Source of the DNA: Takakia lepidozioides
Lineage: Eukaryota > Plantae > Bryophyta
Length of the DNA: 64,000 bases
NCBI GenBank assembly: GCA_030704615.1
Contig: CM060731.1
Coordinates: forward strand, 51,336,001-51,400,000
Reading direction: 5' to 3'
A program made the position numbers and the translations under genes. The notes under the pieces are model-generated. The model made no database searches, was not told the DNA's origin, and saw only the letters and a list, made by a program, of their open reading frames with translations. Of the stretch, positions 24,735-43,500 are shown in pieces. The stretch's first letter is position 1. The number at the start of each line of letters is the position of its first letter.

Positions 24735-27700
24735 TTACAGGTATTTGGCAAGCCACGGTAGCTCCTTGTCCTCCTTCAATGCAAACGAGACATCATCACT
24801 GCACTCACATTATCACCGGGGAAGAGGTCAGAGGAGACAGATAGAACCACATCAATCCAGATCAGACAGGCAAGCTTTGTAGTTTGAGATGTGCTTCTAC
24901 ATTATTATGCAGATAATATACAAGACAGAATAATGAGGGCCGAACCAAGGGAAGTTAAGTTGCAGCTTTTGAAGGCGATGACGAGCCCCTGGTTCACACA
25001 GTAGCAGTCGACATGCTCCAAGCCTACACCTGCATGACAAGCAGAAAAACTTGTCTCACTAAAGATTTCAAGATCAAATGGACAATTCATAGGTTGACAG
25101 TCAAACTTCACTGGTCAGCCTGAAAGCAACTGCTTGTGATCAAACTTCATGTTGACCTAAAGCACTCTCAGGATATGTCATTGCATAAGTGCATTGCTAG
25201 CTGAGACAGATCTACTGCAGTTGGGTGCAAGGCCAGGAGGTTGCAGTATGTCTAACAAACTAGTGAGCACATTCTCTATTGATGTATATATGTAGGTATT
25301 TCATTAGACAACTGTGGAGCTGTTTCACAGAAACAGAAATGCATTTCAGTAGTACCCGATAGCAAGAAGGGTGTCCCAATCAGGGCACTGCTCCCCATGG
25401 CTTGCACACATCCGTATACATGCACCCACTACCTGGTCACACGTTTGCGAGTCCAAGTCAACAACGGCAATTAGACAGCCAAGCTATGTTGTTCTAATTG
25501 CAAAAGGAAAGATTGCAAAAGGACCTTTTGAGCCTTGCCTTGCACAAGATGCACTTGCCTTTAAAAGAAGGCTTTAATATGGCAGTATGTGGAGCTACAG
25601 GTCCAGGGACAATGGGGTTACCTCATGTATCACAAAAAAAGGAAACAATAATCATGAGTGTCTCTTAACTTTTCTCTCAAATATGCCAGATCCATGGCAA
25701 CATGGTTAATGAAAGGAGTCTACAGAACAACCTCTCCAGACAGCCAACTGTCCTTGGATGTAGTGAATAGAATTTCACTGCAAACTAAAGGTATGAGTGA
25801 GTAACTGCAGTTAGAGCACAGCAAGCAACTGCCTTTTCAAAAGTAAGCCAGTCCTTATGCGTCCTTTGGCAGTAATATAATATGCTAAAGGCTTTACCTT
25901 TTCAAATGTGGTCTCAGCCATTGTGGTGCGATGCTGCTCAATGACCATAGACACCAGAAAGATCTTGGCCTGCTTTGCACATCTCTTCATCATCTGCAAA
26001 TGATGAGTACCTAATTCCATCAGACACTATGCACGGAGACTTGGACTCACAAGGTTTTGGCAAGTTTAGGGTTGCACCTGAAGACATTCATGATCATACA
26101 GTACAGGAACCTTTGCTCCTCCTGCGCTGCATGTAATTTCAAGCTCCTGTGTCTTTATAACTAGAGAAGCTGGACATGAACAGCAAAACAGGATGTTGGC
26201 AAACACCTGCCTGAATATGTGGGGCTTGGAACATTTCGGTAATAGCAGCCTCTATGTCAGCCATGCCTATCAGCTTGCCCAGCCCTGCTTCATCCACTAA
26301 CCCACTAGTCAGTCAAGAAGGGAGAAAACTGTGCTTGCTAAATCAATGCAAACATTCTTTGGAAGTGTCCAATCAATGTACTAATTTATCCTTCAGAGGA
26401 CAAGGGGTTCAAACCAGAGATGTAGGCATATTGAGGTAACATTGAGCCAAACAAAGAACCTGGAGAAGCTTGTGGAGGATCCATCGGAGGGGCTACGGGT
26501 ACATTTGGGGATGTAATGGCCCGGGCCAGGCATGAAACAGAGGATAGCATGCGCAATTCAGTGATTTCAGCAGCACGCCTACAGAGCTCCAATGCTCGGC
26601 GTGCGTCACCAGATACAGCTGCCACCTGGACAGGACATTTCTTTATTCGTGAGTCGCTTCAACTCTATCTTAACGGGACCTCTCAATTTGGATATCCAAC
26701 AACCAAGTACTTGCATCTGTTGACTTCATTCCGATTCTGAACGTGTGGCCCCATGGTCTCTTGGTTTGTCTTTCTATCTGCTATTGATCTTTCCCGCTCA
26801 AACTGGGCGCGGGGTCAATGGCCACAAGGCTACGGCAAACAACGTCTTATGAGTACAATCTCTATCTGCTATTGATCAAAATTTGAAATTGCACACATGG
26901 AATGGAACAAGGAAAGACCTTGCGGGAAGCAAACTCAATAGCCTGCTTGTCAAAGGCTGGGATGCCCTTGAGACGTGTTGCCAGAATTTGTTGCAGCTGC
27001 GAGTAGGAGTAGGGCCCAAAGGAAATTCGGTGAAGTCCCAGGCGACTTGCAATCCGTGGCAGCAGTCGCTCTGGCAAGTCCATTGTATTGGCAATCCCTG
27101 TGTTTATCGACCATCCGGCTCTCAGGATATTTGTTTGTATGTTGAATCATCCATCTGTGCTATGTACAGGGAACTTCAGTTCGATAGTGTAACATTAACT
27201 AGTTTCACTATCAAAACGGAGCGAGAAGAAATTTGGCACCTGGCCCGAGGCGTAGGATTTTCCCTCTTGTGTGGATAGGAGTATGCATTGATTCAGGCAG
27301 TCAGGGAAATGTAGATGCATCCACATGGTGATCAGCACTTCCAGCCAATGCCCTCAGAAGGCAGACATATGGCCTCAACAGATGAAAGACAGCTTATCTA
27401 AAAGCAAAGTAAATTGAGAAAGGAAGGAGCTCCTTACCAATGACAATCACTCGGGAATTTGCACGGGTGGGCCAGTCAAAGAGGTTGTAAAGTACCTGCA
27501 ATTCCACAGCACATTCAGACCCCTAATAGAGCCGAGAAAGGTATCACAGTTTAGCTGTTATGGAACAATGGCCACAACTTCTGTCAAATGGATCACAATC
27601 ACATAGGTGCACTTGAAACAGGCACACAGCAGTCTAGTTAGACAATATATTTAAAGAGCAGGAGGAAGTACCGATTGATTGCGGGTCACCAGGAGGTCCA

Positions 27701-30700
27701 GTTCATCGACTAGGAGAACACAGGGGTGGGCATGGACACCCTTCAGAGGCTTGGCCTCAGAAAACCGGGCATCCAGGAGCTGCAAAGCTCGTCGCCATCC
27801 AACATGCTGTCCTGTCAATGCCTCATGGAGCACCTGCCCAAGCATATCAAGATATGTCTTGTGATCAAGTTGTTTATCTTTGGCCGCTATTTCTGGTTCT
27901 CAATCAAATCCAGGCCAAGGATTTATTGCACTAGGCAAGAGCAAGGAATCTCCCTTCCTTTTATCTCTCTTTCCCGTGGATTTTCATGGATGTTAAAAGG
28001 TTCCTTTATTTTTTTGATTCTTTCTTCCTTCGTCCAGGTTACACACTTTGCAGGCACAGAGAACTTACAGTGTAGGTGTGCTCGGGGGAAGGCAGGCGGA
28101 GACCATTGATCTCCACAAACCGGTAGGGTGGAAGTTCGCCCTTGTCAACTTTGGCTCTCAAATCTTTCATGACCTCTAGCACTGTTGCAGTCTGCTCATA
28201 TGACAACCACAGCAGCACTCAATAACTATTCAGCATACCAACAAATGAATTGTTGTGCCAGCCATAGATGTGGATATGAGTTCACCAACCACTGACTGTT
28301 TAAAGTTAAAGATAATACGAACCTTGCCGGTACCAGGTACACCACTTATATAGAGGCAACGCCCTAAGCATTGCTCCCCAGCTGCTACAGCATCCTTCAC
28401 AAATGCCTCAATCTCCTTTCTCTCCCTGCAGCCCACCAGTTCCCTGACTGAAAACGAAGACATCTTGAGCCACAATCAGGTCTACCTAAGCTAGCTTATA
28501 TCTACTCCTGCTCGAGATTTCAAAACAAAGTGACATTGCACAGTGGAGTCAAGTGGTGACATGCAATTACACAAGACCAAGGACTGGAAGAAAACATACT
28601 CGTCTCGGCAGGGCAAGGATGCTGGAGCAGCGGAAAGCATGAGAGCAGCTTTGGCTTTCTCAAGGTCAGTCAGGGGTCGCTTTCGAGAACTTGCAGGAGC
28701 ACATTTTGCCCCCACACCTTCAATACGACCAGGATGGCTCTGACGTGCATTCTGCAGGAGAGTGTTGAGGTATGACCAAGTCAATGAGAGAACCCAGCAA
28801 GCGACCATAGGTACCAAAGAACCAGGACAACATCCACAGTATCTGAGAGAAAAGATATAGCCACCAACTTGATATCATGTCATCTCTTTTATCAAGCTAA
28901 CAACATCCACCTCATGCTTTCAGGATGAGATTTCAACAGGCCTCTTGAATCAGTACTGTTTAGTTATAGTTCTAAACCAACCGCAGCAGAAGTAGCCCCC
29001 TTCCGACGTCGTCGTGACTGTAATTTACTTGGCTGCCTGCTCCTCCGACCTCCATGGGCAGTATCCTCATACAAGTCCTCCTCCTCCTCCTTTCCTGTTG
29101 CATGAGGCCCTCGCGAAGGAACGAAGTTCTCATCATCGCTGTCATCCCTCTCGCTACCCTATATTGAAGAACTAGACATCAATTCCTCCAGCTAATCCAG
29201 CTAAAACTCCCAGTTTCATATGATCTAACTATAGAGCAACAACTCCACATATGCAAGGTAACCCAAACAGATATTGCTCCAGTGGAAGTTAAAATCTAAA
29301 CTAGCACAACATAGAGAGTGCAGTTTTAACAATGTGTTGTAGCCAGTCATCATGTGTGGCAGTGACAAACTGCCACACACTCCCCACCGACTTCATGAAC
29401 TTCCAACAGTGGGTGTAGATCATAAAAGAGTGCAACTGTCTCTCCATTCTCACTACGAATTGTTGATCCCATCCATTACTAAAGTTCGTGTCCAAAAGCA
29501 GCTACGTCAAAATCCACACCCTGTAGACATTATAGGCTACCCCTGCAGACTTAGAGAGTGTGACCAATTTACAAATCCTATTTTATCAGCCCCAAATGTC
29601 GAATAATTAACTCCTCAAAGCTGAGGTCGAATCAGCTTCTTGCTGCTTAAGAAGAAGACACTGAAAGCGGGTGCTTCACTTTAGAACGAAGCAAGGCAGC
29701 TTCGGCGTGGTAAGGTTTTTTACCTCCTAGTTCTCATGCCCACTCTTCAGTTCATGCTGGTCCAAGGCTGACCATCAGCATACCTGGATGATGGGTACCA
29801 AATTTAACTCTGGGATCCATTCTAGCTGGAATAGGTAGCTACATGGAACTACCCCAAGGAACCCAGGACCATCTAAGACCTAGCAGAATATTTTTGAGCA
29901 TGCCATACCACACCAGAAGAGAAATTTATGGCTTATGAAGATAGAAATTGGAGACATACATGGTCTGCTGCGAAGTCATCTGCAATGCGTTTAAATGTCT
30001 GATGTCTGAAACTGTACCGATGACCACATAGAAATACATCATCGCCCTCCTGGCTGGCTTTTAAATACTCACAAGGAGTCATAACATAGCAATGCCGGAT
30101 GATCGTATCCATCTGCAAGACCACAATTTTGTGTCAGTTTCATCCAGCATTTACCTCCTATCTGTTTAACATTCCCTTCTTGAAAATCAGCTGCTTTGAC
30201 TACCTTGAGCAGCTGATTTTCGAGACTTTGACTGCTTTGCTTTACCTACATACAACTCCAAAAATAAGTTCATTGACAGGATGCAGAATAAGACTTTTGA
30301 GCAATAAGCAACATCTACAGAGCCTAGAAGCTAGGTACAAGCCGAAAACAAGCTACTTGACAGAAGCAAGATTTGAGCTTGTACATGCAACAATCAACAT
30401 CTAGGGAGCTGTAACAAGAATGGAAATGCTGGGAGCAGTGAGACGAACCTCATTTTCATCTACCAAATCAGTGCAGAAAAGCTCGCGACGGGCATGCCAG
30501 GGTTGTCGTCCCTCTGCTGTTTCTTCTGGTAATGCCCACCAGCGCCCTTGGAACCAGTAAGTACCATCCTTTTGTCGCCATAGCCTGTATGGTTGTGTCA
30601 TGATAAAACTGATTCAGCTGAAGGAGATGTCTGCGCAGATGCGGATGCAGTTGCAGAGAGGAAGGGAAAGGGGTCCATGGATGAGTGAATTGGTGAATAG

Positions 30701-31499
30701 AAAAACTTGATGTAAGTACTGCATACCAAATATGAATGCACACACGCACACAAACACACCATCAAACCATACACCAGCTACCCAACCAAACAATGCAAGG
30801 CCTAGATTTCAAATTCCTTGCTGTACTTTTCTCACACAAGCAGGTGGCTTGCGTCCAAGGGGAAGGTGGTGGGGGAGAGGAAAGCTTTACTTCTCAATGC
30901 GGGCAGCCAATATATCTGCTGCCAGAAGCCGCTCTCGTGCTGTCCTACGCCTTCGCTTTCCTTGTGCTGGAGGCAACAGCTGCACAGAGCCTTGATTGGC
31001 CTTTAAGCTCTCAATGATGAAATAATGAGAGTAGATTCAGAAGTCCAGACATGCCTCCTTACAACGCTTGTTTTGAAACACATGTACAGACCAGTAAGGT
31101 ACCAACCAATGAGACTTGCGATAGTATTTCAATGTGGACCACAATTACCTGCCCTCCCTTGGTGAGAAGCTCACAGTTGAAGCAAATCCAATCGCCCTCC
31201 GGAACCTCAGTCAGGGGTGGTTCCAAGCAGCTGAGATGATACCCACCCAGGCAATCATTACACTCGATCATCACCTCCTTCCCAGTCTCACCGCATATCC
31301 TGCAATCTTCCATTTCTTCATCAGACTCGGATCCCATGCCTTCATCTTGAGACCCACCTGAGCTCAAGTGTTCCTTCCTTCCTTTGCGAACATACACGTC
31401 ATCGCCGACATTGAATTCAACGTCTCGAAATTCCACCCGTTTGAAGAACCGCCTTTGTTGTGCATCGTGCGCACCTTTTCTTCCTCTAGATTTCCTCAT
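24735..31499 (-). CDS. ORC1: Origin recognition complex subunit 1 (BAH-PHD-AAA+-WH), multi-exon
   Basis: BAH ([15 protein letters not shown]), PHD ([24 protein letters not shown]), Walker A GVPGTGKT, Walker [22 protein letters not shown], and C-terminal [14 protein letters not shown]. Start codon inferred. Confidence 0.95.
26790..26860 (+). mobile_element. 71-bp 3' fragment of a tail-less LINE in an ORC1 intron
   Basis: Matches the 3' end of 42285-43505; 17-bp TSD tctatctgctattgatc at 26773-26789 and 26861-26877. Confidence 0.92.
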
Positions 31500-32199
31500 C
31501 TTATCTCTCTTCCTCACAAAACTCCGACCCCTACCATTTGAGCATGTCCGGCCCACCACCTTCAATAGTCCTGCTCGTCATCTACGAGTGCGCCTGTAAA
31601 CAGCAAACAGAGAAAGAAAGAAAAAGATCTATTACCTCAGCGGGTAGAACATCAAAGAACCACACACAATAAAACAGTGGACCCGGCAGAAACCGAATAA
31701 CTACACCAACATAAGAAAGAAGGAAGCAGCACAGGAGAAGAAAGAGAGAAAAAAGAGAAGGCATACGAAAGAAACTTGGAGACACACGCACAGAGAGACT
31801 GACCCAGTTGAGAAGTGGGATTCGGGAAGAGAAGTCCCTGAGAAAAATAGGGAAGGAGCGCAGGGGAGCAAATCTCCCTCTCCGAACAGTGAAGAGCGGG
31901 AACTCTGAGTGGTCAAAACTATAAACTTAACCCTGCTGACTTCGAATACGACAAACTGGATGCAAGAGGAATTTGTCTGGCAAACAAATTGAAGTAATCA
32001 ACGCGGGTGGGTCCAGAGTCCAGAGTCCAACCCCATCCCTCAACCCGGATGGTACATAGCCTGACAGCATCACCATCGATTGTATTGGTACGTGCAAGGC
32101 AAACACTAAGTTAAACACCCTGCAAAACACGAAGATTGCTAGAGTTATAGCATGGCATTCAAAGACTCGAAATTCGGCCATTCCAGTGGCGCCCAGATT

Positions 32200-32335
32200 G
32201 GCCATTTGGGCGGGAGAGAAACAACCCTCTTTCTACGTGCCAGATTCTTATTAGAGAGGAAAGCAAGGACCCGATTGATCTCACCGAGGGGCACCTGCTG
32301 CAGCAATGCAGTGAGTGCCACGTAGTATAAAGCAG
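32200..32335. promoter_or_regulatory. Divergent ORC1/IDI promoter region with candidate motifs
   Basis: Head-to-head genes; ACGT box GCCACGTA (32317-32324) next to TATAAA (32326-32331); E2F-like GGCGGGAGA (32209-32217, one mismatch). Confidence 0.4.
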
Positions 32336-32376
32336 CAGAGTGTTTTTAGCCTCTCTCGGTTTGACAAGAAGCTGCG

Positions 32377-36152
<3,776 letters not shown>

Positions 36153-37517
36153 GGGGAAATATGTGCTTAGCTGGCATGATAACTTGTGCCCTTTTAGCCT
36201 TTAAACTCGACTGATCGCGGCCATGCTCGATTGTAATCTGTCATGGCAAAAGACTGCTCAGGGTGTATAGATCTGTCCATCCTACTTGCATTTCATGTAT
36301 ATGTTTGTGGTCCTCAACATGATCTAGCGGTTTGTGTACAAGGCAGCCACTTATGACAGGGAAACATTTGACATTGTAGAGCAATGCGCACGGATCTCAA
36401 ATGGTGTCTCCCAGAAGAACAAGTACTTGATGCAGGTTCTGTATAGGGTGCTAATCCGTGATCAATAAACCAGCTTTTGCACGAGGATGGATGTCTAATG
36501 CCCGGGCAAGACTGCACTTGTTTCGGTAAGGACTAGTAACATATTCATGACTTGAGAATTCTGTGGGAATGCTTGGTGTTAATGGTTGTCAATGGATGGA
36601 AGCTTTGGTGAACCCCATCTTGGATGATGCCAGCGAACAGAACAAGTGGCCACATACAGAGAGCTCTTGCCCTGTCCCCAATTTGGCCCCATGTTTGTTG
36701 AGGTGGGGAAAAAATGAGTGGGAAGTTGGAGGGTGTTCATCAGCTTCCCGGGCAAGTCAGTTGGCATGTCCCTGCTAACATGTCCTCCGGTCTTACTTTT
36801 AGTCTCCAGTATTTGACTGTAGTTCGGAGGATATTGGCTCTGACCTCTGCACATATGGAAGCTGTCCTTTGAACTTATAGTGGCCGTTATTCTCGTTGAT
36901 CGCTTCACACACAAAGCCCTTCTCTTTCTCATAGGCCTCAGATAACAAGAGTTGACTAGTGCTTTGTGGGTTCATTGGAACATGTGGCCCTTCGGATTGC
37001 ATTCACTTGTCAGTTTCTCTCTCCCAGCTCTCAGATAACAAGAGACACTGTAAGTTCTTTCTGGGTCTTTCAAACATTTGGCAATATGCCTGTGACTAGG
37101 CAAAGTTCAATCCCTTTTTGCTAAATCTTGTGCGCTCTCTCTTCTTATCGGCCTCCAGAGAGGTTTCAAAGAAACGAACATTAAACAGAGGACAGAAGAC
37201 CAGTCATTGTCCTGACATAGAGAGGGAAGACATGGTTTGTGTGTGCACCTGCCCTATGGGTTTGACTTTCCACATCAATCTCTGTCCCACCTAAAGCTCC
37301 GTGTGAAACTGGCTACTCCCTTGTAGAAAACTTCCCAATTATATGCTCCAGGGACAGGTTACCCAAAAACAAGAAGAAGAAGACCTAGACTTCGGCACTT
37401 ACCATTACATTAAAGTTCGGGCAAAGAAGGAGTACTTGAGACCAGACATCTCTCAAACGGTTAGACAAGATAGGGAAGGGGGAAGGCCTCTCGTTTGTTA
37501 ATGAAGATCGTAGCAAC

Positions 37518-40500
37518 ATGGCAGCAAATGTCATGGTGGCATCCGGCATGGCTGCTAATATCTCCTCAGTGCCCATTGACAAGCTCCTACTTGAGCAAAC
37601 TCTACGGCACTCTGTCGGAAACACTGTCACTAAACGGCGCAAATGCCCAAGGGAGAGGGGTGTTCAAAGCATGGAGTCTAAGATCCTTCCTCCGGTTTCA
37701 GACAAACGGCCGCGCTCTGCCCCCGCAGATACTGACTGCGGTAAGAGAGAAGTTCATAACTCCTTATCTAGATCCTGCTATATTTTGTTGGATTGGTATG
37801 CATATGTATGAACTACTGTGACTACTTGTGATTGCGATTGTTTCACTTCTCAGAGAGATTATGTGTACACGCGTCTGTTCTCAAGTAAGGAATTCTAACA
37901 GTTTTGATTCAGCAGAGCGCGTGCGAGTCACGGTGAGAGTAAGGCCGCCCACCAGAGCGGAGCAGAAGGAGGAAGATGGAGCACCCTTTATCTTTCTTGA
38001 TACTGACAAGAACACTGTCATCTTACGCCGCAAGTATGCCCCTTACCTTATCTTGGCTCCCGTTTCATACCTTTCTTAGGTTGAAACAAGGCTGTACTTT
38101 TCGCTCATAACGCTGAGCGAAGGTGTGCACTTGTGCACATTGACTAATACCGTGAAAATTGGCCACTAATTAGCAAAACCCTCCCAGATGGGGTTCTACA
38201 TGTGGCTTGAAGACTTATTAGATGAGACAAACAAACAGAGAAAAAGAAGAATTCCCTCCACAGTCTAAGGGACTGACAGAAAGTTTCAAAGGACATTCCT
38301 GAAACAAACTCAAAGCAGCTGACAAAATCAAGTTTCAAGTCTTACAGCAATATTTCCATGGCCTCCCATGTGTCTAAATTGGTCAATCCGGTCGTGTTTA
38401 GCTTGTGATCTGTGGTCCCTGACATGATTTAGTTCCCTGATCCAATTCTCCCGTGCCTTTTTACATTATGTATATGCAGAGGGAGTTTTGTGGATTTCAC
38501 AGAGTTCCAGTTTGATGCAGTTTTGCCATCTACAGCTCTTCAAGTTGATGTCTATAACATGGCCGCCAAAGCTGTTGTCACGGTAAACTTTGTTCTTCCA
38601 GACCACTATTCTTAATTAGTGAGGCATTCGGGCTCACAGCACTGGCATTGAGGCATGCTTGGACAGAAAACCTCTCCTGATTCTATCACATGAATAACCA
38701 TCTTTTCAACTATCGATTTGAAGGGTCACTGGGTTTTACTGTTAAGTGGAAGAAGGAAGATATGACAGAACAAATGGCAGTTACTGAATGTTCAACTGAT
38801 AATGCTCATGTCATGATTGGCATTGTATTGCAGGATGTCCTCAACGGATATAATGGGACCATAATGGCATATGGTCAGACGGGAGCTGGAAAAACGTACA
38901 CGCTCTCTGACAAGCTCTCCACAGGGGGAGGCATCACTGCAGTTGAAGGTCACATCTTCCTCTCCAATTCAATTCTTGTCAAATGTCTTTTCTAAGGTAA
39001 GTCATACTACTGGCGTCAGCCCCTGACAAGGTAGTCTCTGTCCCTTTGTGTTCCGCTCAAACTGGGCACGGGGTCAATGGCCACAAGGCTATGGGAGACA
39101 ACGTCTTATGAGTACATTCTATTCATGTCAAACTGGAGGTAGCGTCTGTATTGTCAAGCAGTCTAATAAGTAGACTAGTCAGTAAGTAGTGCGCGTTAAA
39201 TTGAGACATTTTTGATGTATAGCTGGAGAAGGCTCATGTGAGATGGCTCCAGGGAGAGTTAGAAGCCTACATTTATCTACTAATCAGACCATTTGTTCGT
39301 GCTATGTACAATCAAACTGTAGTGCGCTTCTGAAATAGGACTCTCTACTGATAGAGAGCAGGTGAACCACTCTAAAGTCCAGCTTTTGATCCGCTCTCTA
39401 GGAAAGTAATATTCGTCCATGATTGTGCAGGCATCATTCCACGGTCAGCTGCAGAGATTTTTGAGAGGGCGGATACTGACAAAGAATATGAATACCATGT
39501 TTCCATGTCCTACATTCAAATCTATATGGAGCAGGTGATTTGTCATACAGCTTTACACCCATAATGCTGTCTCCCTGTGGATTATAAAGTTTATTTCTTT
39601 CCTCCTTTCTCTTTCTCTTGCTTTTGGGCTGTTTCTTGGCTCTGGTTTTGTTTCCTCTCTCTTGTTTGTTCCATCTTGTCCCATAAGCTCTTTGAGCTTT
39701 CCGTGGACGTTATAAAGTACCATTTCATTTCATTTCATTTCATTTCTTTCTTCTTTCTGCTTGAGTTATTTCATCTTAGTGAATCTCTTGATGAATACTT
39801 GTTTTTGGGCTACTTGTTGAGGGTCCCACTTTCTTTCTTGTATCCTGCTTTCTTTTGTGCTATAAGCTCTTTGAGGTTTCTGTGGACCTTGTCCCTCGGC
39901 CCTTTCGGCCTTTCTTGGATGATCTGACTTTCTTTGTTCTTTCTTCTGTGCTCTGCGTCTGGTGACGGTCCTTTTTTTTTCCCTCCTAGCATGAAATGTT
40001 AGTGTGTTTAGATGGGGTGTGAGCACCACATCCAGCTCCAAATCTTGTCCTTATGTGATGTAGATACAAGACTTGCTGCGGCCAGAGAGCTGCAACATGC
40101 AGATTCGAGAGGGTGACAATGGGGTCTATGTGTCTGGTGTTGAAGAGGTAGTCTCACCCCCCACTGGTTTGTCTACAGTACCAAAGACAACCTTGTCTCC
40201 AAAATGATCTATAAGCAGGCGTTAAGCCATTCATGATTAGTGTTGATAACTTTGAAATCCTGATGTATTTTCTGACAGTTTTGGCTTATCTGAACACTAA
40301 AGCTACCGTTGGATGAGACAGATACAAGTTAAGTCGGTGGAGGATTGCATGAAACTGTTGATGCTTGGAGACCGCAACCGCTGTTTTGCTTTCACAAGGC
40401 TGGTATGTCTCCTGAAGCCAATTGATTGGCTGGCTCATGGGCTCTGATTTCCTAAAATTACCTGGCAATAAAGACATGGTATATGGGTTACCCCATCCCA

Positions 40501-43500
40501 TTGTGGAGTCCTTGACCTATATCTTTTATCTCTGGGGCGTGCAGGTTGGGCAGTAACTGGTAGATTTTGCAAATTAAACACATGAGAGTATTTAGGTAAT
40601 GTCATAAGATTAGGTAATGGTATTGAGTATTTAGGTAATGGTGATGCTGCAAAAATACAGTTCGGTGTTGGCAAAGCAAAGTAGGCGTGCCTGCCAGTCA
40701 AACTGCAATGCTTAAGCAAATGTTTGCAGTTGAACGCTCCAAGTAACAGACAAATATTTAAGTATATCCCCTCAGGGTGTTCTATGATTTTCAGAATGCA
40801 CATTCATCCCGGAGCCATGCCATTGTGATCCTGACTGTTGAGAAGAAAGCGAAGTATCAAACAGCCGAGCAGAAGGCTGAGTTGGCCGAGAGGCGGCGAT
40901 TGAGCTCTTGCTTCTTAGAAAGTGAAAGGTGCAACAATCTCTCATTTTTCCTTACTCTAGGGAAGGGAAAAAGGGGCATTCCAGCCTTAATTCAACATCG
41001 AAACCACAAGAGAGCAACATAGATGTTCCTACAGTCTGCTTGATGTAATGTATGTGTATGGGGGATCTGATTGTTTGCATCATAGGACTATTCAGGGTTA
41101 AAGACTTTGATGTCAATCTGCAGTATGTTTTGTCCATAGTATAGGGAATAAGTGGTAAGTGTGGCTTGGCTCTGATTGCAGGGTTCTGGTGGGAAAGCTG
41201 TTTCTTGTTGATCTCGCAGGATCTGAGCGATTAAAGAAGAGTGGTAGGCATTAGGTGCAGAGCGCCTTACATCTACCTTTTTTTTACCTGTCTGTTGCGA
41301 CTTAGTTGAGGCCACAATGATAGACTATCACCAACTAAAAGACTATGAACTGTCTCATGTCTCTCTTCTTTCTCCCTATTGTAAATTATTTCTTGGTTTT
41401 CTTTCCATTACATTTCTCCGTTTTCTCTAGTATACTGTCGCATCTGAGCTTTCTGGGCTTCCCGTGGATGTACTAGATTTTTTTCCTTGGTTTGTTCTAA
41501 CCCTGTCTTTGTGGCCCTCTGTGGGTGCTATAAAGTTTTCTCCTTTCCCCTTTCTTGTTTCATGCTTCCTCTTGTCCCATAAGCTATTTGAGCTTTCCAC
41601 GGACATTATAAGTATCATTTCATTTCTTTCTTCTGAAGTCTTCGACTATGAGGATCAGAAATGCTTGGCGGCTTACCTGCACGAGGCACTCACCCTTAGA
41701 CAATCACTCGAGCAATAGTTTTAATCTTTGGCTCTGGTTTTGTTTCCTCTCTCATGTTTTCTTCCATTTTGTCCCATCAGCTCTATGAGCTTTCCGCGGA
41801 CGTTATAAAGCACCATTTCATTTCATCAGTCACACAAAAAGTCCCAGGGCTTAGTTCCCAGTTGTGCACCAGGCTTAGGTTCAAACTCAAGAAGACGCCT
41901 CCCTCTTTGAGTTAATGGAGATGGGAGAAGGGGAATCCACATGTCTGATCCGTGTGTAGGATGTGTAGGTTAGCAACTGTTGTCTCATGCATTGTAATGG
42001 GCACTCCGCTGCACGAGAGGCCTTCTTTAGATGCATCAAATAGACTGTCACTGCACATCTCTTCGCTGAGTTGAAGAAGGTTGGAAAGCACTGAAGCAGT
42101 GGCCCTACTTTGGTGAATTCTAGTTGCTGCTAAAACTAGAGCTTTCGAGGAAAAATTTCTGGAAGGCGAGGACTTTACACTATTTGAGGAAATCCCGACA
42201 TGGAACTAGCCATCCGGGACTGCGACTGCTCCTATCGTGCTCTCCTCCCATCCCTTCCCCCTCTTTCCCACTCTCTTCTCTGTGCATTCAACGACAGAGG
42301 AGAGGGAGGAAGTGATCTTAAGTGGCAGTGGGGTAGCCAAGAGATCCCGGTCCTCCCTTCCTACACTTACCTGGGCGTTGAGTTCTCCTCCAATTGTAAT
42401 TGGGATGCACATATCCGGAAAGTTGTTCAAACTGGCAAGGGCAAAGCTCTGGGGCCACTAAATTTTTCCACTGCAGAGGGGTCAACTCTGAGGTCAAGAA
42501 AACCATGCTTTGTCGCGTTATTAGACCTGCCTTGGAGTACGGATCTGCTATATGGGTTGATACTCCAACCAGGCTAAGTCTCTAGAATCCATTCAAGTGG
42601 GGGTGCTTAAGGAGTGTATGTCAGCATGCTCCAAAACAGCCAATGTGGCTGTTTGGGGTGAGTTTGGCATTCCGTCCTTAAGCTCCCGACGAGATGAATT
42701 CAAGGTCAGATGGTGGGGTCAGCTGCAACATATGCCCAACACCAGATATCCTAAGTTAATCGACTCTATATCTTGGAAACAGGACCGCCCTGTCAAACAG
42801 GCTAAGTCCTGGCAGAAGAGAGTAGAAGAGATCCTCAAGGACCTGGACCTGGATCCGCAAGTCTTGACCCTGCTGGATAAATCTGACTTAGAGGCTGTAG
42901 TGTCCTCAGCCATGTCTGTTGCCATGAGATTGTCTGATGAAAATGAAGTTAGGCAGAAAACTTCCCTGAACTTGTTTCCAGTCTGTGACGTGGGGGAGGA
43001 CATCTTGGATGACCTCAAGGGTCTACCCACTCTCAGCACTAGACTGAAATTTAAACTCAGGGCAGGAAGCCTACCTTTGAACAGCAAACAGAAGCAGAGA
43101 GGAAAGGGAGAGTGCAATTGCCCGTTGTGTGGGCAATCTGAAGACAGTATTCATTTTCTGATACACTGTCCGGGGTTCTCTCACCAAAGAGACGCTCTCT
43201 TCAAATCTATTAAGGGAATTGTGCCTGTACCCCTGTTTACCTTTGAAAGTCTCGAGGCTGAGCCAAAAGCCCAGGCCCTCCTGAGGCCTAGTTTTTGGGC
43301 AAATCACACACAGCAGATTGATGCTTGTGTGAAGGGATTTCTAGAGGATATCTGGAAAACCCGGATTAATTCTTTATATGGAGGTAAGTCTTACAACCAA
43401 CGTCAGCTCCTGACAGAGGTAGGTTCTGTCCCTTTTGTTCCCGCTCAAACTGGGCGCGGGGTCAATGGCCACAAGGCTACGGCAAACAACGTCTTATGAG

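Noticed and set aside
30183-30220. 13-bp perfect hairpin in an ORC1 intron as a miRNA or terminator
   Set aside because: Too short for a miRNA precursor; more likely a MITE remnant.
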